Source: Oligoflexales bacterium
GTDB taxonomy: Bacteria > Bdellovibrionota_B > Oligoflexia > Oligoflexales > CAIYRB01
DNA: 44,616 bases
Direction of reading: 5' to 3'
NCBI GenBank assembly: GCA_041736175.1
Contig: JBGSUI010000135.1
Span: 1-44,616, forward strand
In this document: piece after piece, positions 39,490-44,616 of the stretch
How the letters are laid out: each line of letters starts with the position of its first letter
Position numbering within the stretch: the first letter of the stretch is position 1
Notes under the pieces: model-generated
What the model saw: the letters and a program-made list of their open reading frames with translations, nothing else
Databases searched by the model: none
Told to the model about the DNA's origin: nothing
Position numbers and translations under genes: made by a program

Positions 39490-39779
39490 CATGGCCGGCT
39501 TAATTAAAACTCGAAAGATTATAGGCCGGTCCACATCAACGTCGAGGCGAGCATATTTGAGACCGCTTCGGCCGCAGCGGCCGTGTCCCAGCCTCTAACT
39601 TTCAGCCACGGCAGCCACCTCTGCAAAAGCCTCAAATCGTTGTTGGTATTTTGGTCTGTACCTCTAAGCAGGTGGCAATAAGATAAATCAATTCAGACCT
39701 CGGTAGTAAAAATCCCTAGCACAAAAAATGTCTAAGACGTCGATAGTGTGCAGGTCATTCCTAAAACAAATTTTTATTG

Positions 39780-39808
39780 TTGACTTACAGTGAAACTATG
39801 TTTATAAG
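39780..39808 (+). promoter_or_regulatory. Sigma70-type promoter of the toxin cassette
   Basis: TTGACT-17 nt-TATAAG with an AT-rich upstream element. Confidence 0.6.
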
Positions 39809-39862
39809 GCTAAGCATGGCGGCATATCCGGCATTATATCAAATTATTGGAAAGGCTTGAGC

Positions 39863-40195
39863 ATGACTTTGTATGAACGCAGAAAAAATTTTAAAAGTAT
39901 TTTTAGGAATTTTGTCTTTTTCACTTCTTTAGCTGTATTTTCTGAGCCTGGCTTCTCCTGGGTTGAAGCAGACGGTAAAATCTCCGGTTTAATAAGTTGG
40001 GAAGATGATGCTTTCATCACCTTCGATGTCAATGGACTCAGGTGTGCAGTTCCCGCAAAAAACAGTATTCATTTGTCACAAATCACATTGGCTTACAGCC
40101 TCAAAAGTGAAGTTAAGGTAGTATGTCATGACGCTATAGAAAGTCCTGCAGGAAAAGAGCCATTTCGTTATCTCCACAAAATTTTTGTCTGGTGA
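39863..40195 (+). CDS. Small secreted protein, possible OB-fold (AB5 B-subunit-like)
   Basis: Signal peptide ending ~PGFS; ~78-aa mature part with strands-helix-strands pattern (LSQITLAYSLKSEVKVVC) and two Cys. Confidence 0.65.
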   Translation: MTLYERRKNFKSIFRNFVFFTSLAVFSEPGFSWVEADGKISGLISWEDDAFITFDVNGLRCAVPAKNSIHLSQITLAYSLKSEVKVVCHDAIESPAGKEPFRYLHKIFVW

Positions 40196-40198
40196 ACC

Positions 40199-41416
40199 AT
40201 GAATAAACTAAAAACATGTTTTTTTTCTGTCTGGTTAATAAATAGTTGTGGATCAGATCATAAAATCGAAAGAAATAATTTATCCGCAATAATAGGCACA
40301 GACGACAGAGTTCAGAAACAAATTGCAAGTGATACCTCTGTTGGAAGCCTTGAATTTGATGGGCAGACTAGATGCACAGTCGTCTTGATTAGTAGTCAGA
40401 CCGTTGTTACCGCTCGCCACTGTTATGACGAGCTTTGGGCAAGGTATGGTCAGTATAATGTGAAAATCAATGAAAAGTCATATTTTGTTAAGCCCTTCTT
40501 GGATTTTCCAAATTTGGACCTTATTGAACTCTCCCTTCAGCTTCCGGTAACTGAGAGATCCAAAAATTCCTATGAAAAAGGCCCAGCTATTTCTGAGCCA
40601 TTTTACAAAATTACTATCGATAAAATTTCAAAAATGGAAAGTTACTCCCTAAATCAAATTGATCCAGATTCCAAGGCTATTTTAACGCAAGAGTCCAGGG
40701 GGAACTATATTGAAGAAGAATTAGGTTTTCTATTTCACGAGTTTGATACCACTCCTGGCGCCTCAGGATCCCCCATCTTTTTCAAGGGCCAAATTATTGG
40801 TATTCATATCGGGGCTACGAAAAACCGATTGAAAAATTTTGCGGTTTCTTCAAAAGCGTTCGTAAGGGAAAAAAAGAGGATCTTGAAATGTCGGTCGATT
40901 GGCTACGAAGATGGTAGTGAAGATTGCGTAAGCGAATATAATGTCCGGAAATTTGAGCCCGTTGATGAGTGTTATGACAACCCCGGAGCGGCGGCAGGAT
41001 CCGCGGCTGGAACTTATGCTGGTGCTACCGCTGGAGCTGCGGTCGGAGGCTCAGGTTGCACAGTAGTGGCTCCCGGTGTAGGCACAATTGGGTGCGGCAT
41101 GTATGGTGCCGGAGTCGGGAGTGCTATCGGGGCTGTAGTTGGAGCGTGTTTGGGTGGCTATATGTGGGAGACCTATTATGGACAGTCAGCTTTGCTAAGC
41201 GTAAATGTGGGGGAGGAAATTAACGGGAGATACTATACCGGTCATGCATTGGATCGCATGCAAGAAAGAGGTCTTGTCCCATCTGTTGTTGAAGAGACGA
41301 TAAAAGTCGGATTTGCGACACCATCCCGTGATGGAACGACAGTATATGAAACCCGAGAAGTCAAGGTTGTAGTGAACGAGGACGGTGATGTTGTCACGGT
41401 TATGAAAAGGGGTTGA
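40199..41416 (+). CDS. Lipoprotein: V8/trypsin-like serine protease + glycine zipper + DUF4258-like C-terminal toxin domain
   Basis: Lipobox-like INSC; IIGTDDR; TARHC, NLDL, DTTPGASGSP, IGIH; GxxxG run; YTGHALDRMQERG...VVVNEDGDVVTV. Confidence 0.82.
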   Translation: MNKLKTCFFSVWLINSCGSDHKIERNNLSAIIGTDDRVQKQIASDTSVGSLEFDGQTRCTVVLISSQTVVTARHCYDELWARYGQYNVKINEKSYFVKPFLDFPNLDLIELSLQLPVTERSKNSYEKGPAISEPFYKITIDKISKMESYSLNQIDPDSKAILTQESRGNYIEEELGFLFHEFDTTPGASGSPIFFKGQIIGIHIGATKNRLKNFAVSSKAFVREKKRILKCRSIGYEDGSEDCVSEYNVRKFEPVDECYDNPGAAAGSAAGTYAGATAGAAVGGSGCTVVAPGVGTIGCGMYGAGVGSAIGAVVGACLGGYMWETYYGQSALLSVNVGEEINGRYYTGHALDRMQERGLVPSVVEETIKVGFATPSRDGTTVYETREVKVVVNEDGDVVTVMKRG

Positions 41417-41419
41417 ATT

Positions 41420-41815
41420 ATGCAAGTAAATATCAACGGATTAAAATTTAAATGGAGCTTAACTTCATTCAGTCAAAATTTCTTTGATACTGATACAAGT
41501 CCAGACTCTTGGGTAGACCTTTTGATGGAGTTGAATGTCGAGGGACTCACGCATTCACAAAAACTCCACATGCAGGCAAAAGAGCTGCTAGACCTCGTGG
41601 CAACTTTACGAGACAGTGGCTCGAAGTTACAGGCATTTTCCTTTGCTAATCTAGAAGAAAATTTCAAGATCGAAGGAAAGTTTAGTGATACTGGTGTATT
41701 ATTAATCGCGATTGAAGTTAATTGTGCGTTTTTTCAGGATACGATGCTTACGTACCGGATTCTTTTGCATGGTAAAACTGATCCTTACAGCTTAGAAAAT
41801 TGTTTGATTTTTTAA
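41420..41815 (+). CDS. Putative immunity protein
   Basis: 131-aa acidic ORF with no signal peptide, starting 3 nt after the toxin stop; function from context only. Confidence 0.6.
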   Translation: MQVNINGLKFKWSLTSFSQNFFDTDTSPDSWVDLLMELNVEGLTHSQKLHMQAKELLDLVATLRDSGSKLQAFSFANLEENFKIEGKFSDTGVLLIAIEVNCAFFQDTMLTYRILLHGKTDPYSLENCLIF

Positions 41816-42016
41816 ATTTTTATCATTGCAAGGACACTGAACGCCTCCCGATAGAGTGCCACTGCTTCAGGCATGAAACGTAAGATTTTTCGTGGTGGGG
41901 CAGCATGGTATTACTGCATCTGTAGCAGCGTCGTACTTGGCTAAGGCATTGTCACCCAACGTAATCAATATACGAATCTAGGAATCGCGCACCCTTTTCG
42001 TGAGTTGATGTTGGTC

Positions 42017-42412
42017 GGCCGCCGTAGCCGTGTCCTCTACGAGACGGCAAGGCAAAATGGCTGGCTCGACGAATGCTGTCGGCACATGCGAAGCGGGCTC
42101 AGACCGGCCGTGGGCCTCGACGAAGGCCTGCGGGAGGCGGGAAAACACCCGACCCTCGGAGCCTGGAAGAAGGCCGACTGGCGGACCTACAACGGGACAT
42201 ACCGCAATTCAAACATCGGATGGAAGAAGCTTTGCGACGAGGCCATCCGGGCGAAGGCGGCGGAACCCCCCGCCCGGGCCGGAGCAACCGCGGGTAACCA
42301 GCGGAGAGCAGGCGGCGTCGTGGAAAAGAGCCGACCAAGCGAGCGAACGAAGGACTCGGGTATGCCTCCACCTATTGAAGAAGCAGTGCCACAATCACCC
42401 AAAAATTAGGGG
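42017..42412 (+). pseudogene. 5'-truncated paralogue of the repeat-protein gene (direct repeat copy 2)
   Basis: 60/75 identical residues over RSRVLY...LCDEAI (hand count); lacks repeats 1-2 and half of repeat 3; no good start or RBS. Confidence 0.85.
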
Positions 42413-42794
42413 TAACCCAGGCCTGTCCCAACGGAGGGGAATGTTGAAGCTCGAGAAAGAACCGGGCGGACTTCAGTCCGGGCGGACCCAAAAAACTCCA
42501 TAAAAATAAAGAATCAGCCGTCACCGCCGGTATCTTTTTGTAACTTATTACCGCGATCTTGCTCCCAAAACGATCGCGCGACCGTATTCGACTTTGACGT
42601 CTAAACAACCAGTATGAATGATATTTATGCCTATTTTCCGTAGGTGGCTTGAAAATTGCGTGCTTCAAACTGGGGGATTCACCCCCTTAATCTCAGCCTA
42701 TTAGGACACTCAAACCCCTCTTCGCTCCTAAAGTGAAAAGGCCCAAGCGGAGCTTTTATCTCAAAATCGCAAACACATACAAGTTTATTTTTTC

Positions 42795-42823
42795 TTGACG
42801 ACTGTTGCCAAAATGATTATAAA
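42795..42823 (+). promoter_or_regulatory. Sigma70-type promoter of the desaturase cassette
   Basis: TTGACG-17 nt-TATAAA with a T-rich upstream element. Confidence 0.6.
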
Positions 42824-43006
42824 CAACCACCAAAGAGAGATGGGTTGGTGGGTATTAAGCGTATTTTTGGCTTTAATGCGACCAATGCGAAGACGCGATT
42901 TCGGGGCGTTTATGCCAACAACTTCCTTAACCAGGACGGACTTTATGGTGTATCGGGATTCCAATGTCTTACCAGAAAAATATAGCTCAAGTAGCTTGAT
43001 CTGTGG

Positions 43007-43936
43007 ATGGGTTTATCGATGAGTGCCATGACCCCAAAAATTTGCTCAACAAACTTCACCTGGAAGCTGGTTATCGCTTGCGTTGTGGTCATAACCGGCG
43101 TAGGACTCGTTTCGCAACCCGACATGTCCCTCAACATTATTGGGGTTTTTCTGCTTGGATCAATGTACGCACATGCCGTTGAACTACAGCATCAGTGCCT
43201 TCACAACACCGCCTTCAAGTCCAGGCAAATGAATAGAATCGTAGGAGTATGTCTCGGTTTACCCTTACTATCGTCATTCCACGCATATAGGCGACTGCAC
43301 CTTGAGCACCATAGGACCCTTGGCACTCCCAACGACAAGACATTCTATACCTACCGCTTTACTCAACACCCGAGCATATCCTCGTTTCTCCATGATTTTT
43401 TGGGAATCGCGCATTTGAAGGGGGTTTTCGCTTCGATCTTTGGCCAAAGCCCATCAAAGCTACAGGTGCAAAATATGGACTTTGCTGAGGACATTACCGG
43501 CGAGCGGTTTGACTACGGGCTCATGGTATTCGCCCTGGGTCTCACGTATCTTCTCGCGATGAATACTGGATCGCTTTTTCTCGTCAAAGTCTGGATCATT
43601 CCCATGTTGATCGTTGGGCAACCCCTTCACTTCCTCATCGAGCTACCAGAGCATATAGGTTGTTCAAAGGCGTCGACGGATTCCTTCTATAACACTCGAA
43701 CGATTCAAGGTTCAAGGTTCTCCACATGGTTTACAAATGGAAATAATTTCCATGTCGAACACCATTTGGCACCCGCTTTGAGCATGGATCAAATGCGCGA
43801 TCTTTTCGAGATCAATAAAGGCAATCATATTCACTTTTGTTCATCCTACTTTGAGTTTTACAAAATGGTCTTCAAAATTTCAGGTGAATCTCATAAATCC
43901 GTAGATAAAGGCTCTTTGAAACGGAGACCAACATGA
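43007..43936 (+). CDS. Membrane fatty-acid-desaturase-family di-iron enzyme
   Basis: His boxes HQCLH, HLEHH, HVEHH, plus LPEH; several TM segments. Confidence 0.9.
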   Translation: MGLSMSAMTPKICSTNFTWKLVIACVVVITGVGLVSQPDMSLNIIGVFLLGSMYAHAVELQHQCLHNTAFKSRQMNRIVGVCLGLPLLSSFHAYRRLHLEHHRTLGTPNDKTFYTYRFTQHPSISSFLHDFLGIAHLKGVFASIFGQSPSKLQVQNMDFAEDITGERFDYGLMVFALGLTYLLAMNTGSLFLVKVWIIPMLIVGQPLHFLIELPEHIGCSKASTDSFYNTRTIQGSRFSTWFTNGNNFHVEHHLAPALSMDQMRDLFEINKGNHIHFCSSYFEFYKMVFKISGESHKSVDKGSLKRRPT

Positions 43937-44544
43937 TTTCCATTCTTGCTCAGGGATTTACTCTTGGTTTGGCTTATGCGATGCCCATAGGAGCACAAAA
44001 CCTATTTGTCATTAATTCAGCATCTCAAGGGACTATGAAGGATTCTTTGAAGACCGCACTGATTTTTGCGGCGATGGACATATCCCTTGGCATCGCATGC
44101 ATCGTCGGGGTTGGTCAGGCGATTCAAAGTCATGATTTAGTCCGGCTTGCGGTGGGCGGTATTGGATCCGCTTTCCTGTTATTTATAGGTTACAAATTAC
44201 TGGTCAAAAAAGTGTCCTCCAACACAGAACACGTCCCCACGTTTGCAAGGTCGGTGTGGAAGTCCGCTTTTCTACTAACGTGGTGCAATCCACATGCAAT
44301 CATCGATGGATCTGTCTTACTAGGTGGATATCAGTCCTCATTCAGCCTTCTTGAAACCTACTTTTTTGCCGGCGGGCTTGCTCTTGCTTCCTCAGCCTGG
44401 TTTTTGTCGATCTCGATTATGGTGAACCGATTCAAAACCTCGGTGACTAATCGTATGATGACCAATATCAACCGCCTTTGTGGAGTCGCGATGATCATCT
44501 TCGGTGTGCGACTTGCAATATCACTGGTGTCGGAGGGGTTATGA
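43933..44544 (+). CDS. LysE/ArgO-family amino-acid exporter
   Basis: AMPIGAQNLFVI, LTWCNPHAIID, ASSAWF, INRLCG; ATGA overlap with the desaturase. Confidence 0.9.
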   Translation: MISILAQGFTLGLAYAMPIGAQNLFVINSASQGTMKDSLKTALIFAAMDISLGIACIVGVGQAIQSHDLVRLAVGGIGSAFLLFIGYKLLVKKVSSNTEHVPTFARSVWKSAFLLTWCNPHAIIDGSVLLGGYQSSFSLLETYFFAGGLALASSAWFLSISIMVNRFKTSVTNRMMTNINRLCGVAMIIFGVRLAISLVSEGL

Positions 44545-44616
44545 GATCTTTGTTGCTGGCTTTCGCCTTTATGATTGCGTCACAATCCTCGATCGCGGCA
44601 ACTCGTGAATTTCGAG
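44541..44616 (+). CDS. Secreted protein, N-terminus only (truncated by the window edge)
   Basis: GGAGG RBS, ATGA overlap with lysE, signal peptide MRSLLLAFAFMIASQSSIA. Confidence 0.65.
   Translation, partial: MRSLLLAFAFMIASQSSIAATREFR

Larger units (their letters stand above)
36485..44616. mobile_element. Integrative element/genomic island (int-xis-repeat gene plus cargo); right boundary not seen
   Basis: Integrase plus excisionase, composition shifts, duplicated gene remnant, toxin-immunity-like cargo; boundaries approximate. Confidence 0.7.

Noticed and set aside
39106..42412. Repeat pair as template/variable repeats of a diversity-generating retroelement
   Set aside because: Differences are not adenine-specific and no reverse transcriptase is in the window

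Overview
About the first 36.3 kb looks like core chromosome, probably of a Bdellovibrionota/Oligoflexia-type bacterium (inferred from gene content and order only). It carries a UbiD-family decarboxylase, a YaiI/YqxD protein, a sigma54-driven lipoprotein hydrolase, a Tat-exported two-subunit molybdo-oxidoreductase, a crotonase and aroK. Then comes a type II secretion cluster (two tandem gspC paralogues, gspDEFGHIJK, a PilM/PilN-like gspL, gspMN; no prepilin peptidase in the window), followed by a GT4-TPR protein, an orphan phoU, a receiver-TPR protein, a lytic transglycosylase and a RoxA-like di-haem lipoprotein. A sigma54 promoter at ~36.36 kb points at no credible ORF and may drive a small RNA with an anti-Shine-Dalgarno loop. 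From ~36.5 kb to the end lies an integrative element: tyrosine integrase, excisionase, and a divergent gene with four ~44-aa helical repeats. The 3' half of that gene recurs, diverged, about 2.9 kb downstream. Between the two copies is an AT-rich three-gene cassette: a small secreted protein resembling an AB5 B subunit, a lipoprotein fusing a V8-like protease, a glycine zipper and a DUF4258-like nuclease tip, and a probable immunity protein. A second cassette (desaturase, LysE, secreted protein) follows the second copy. The toxin cassette and its repeat-bounded layout are the best candidates for an undescribed system. All calls are by-eye motif recognition; no searches were run.
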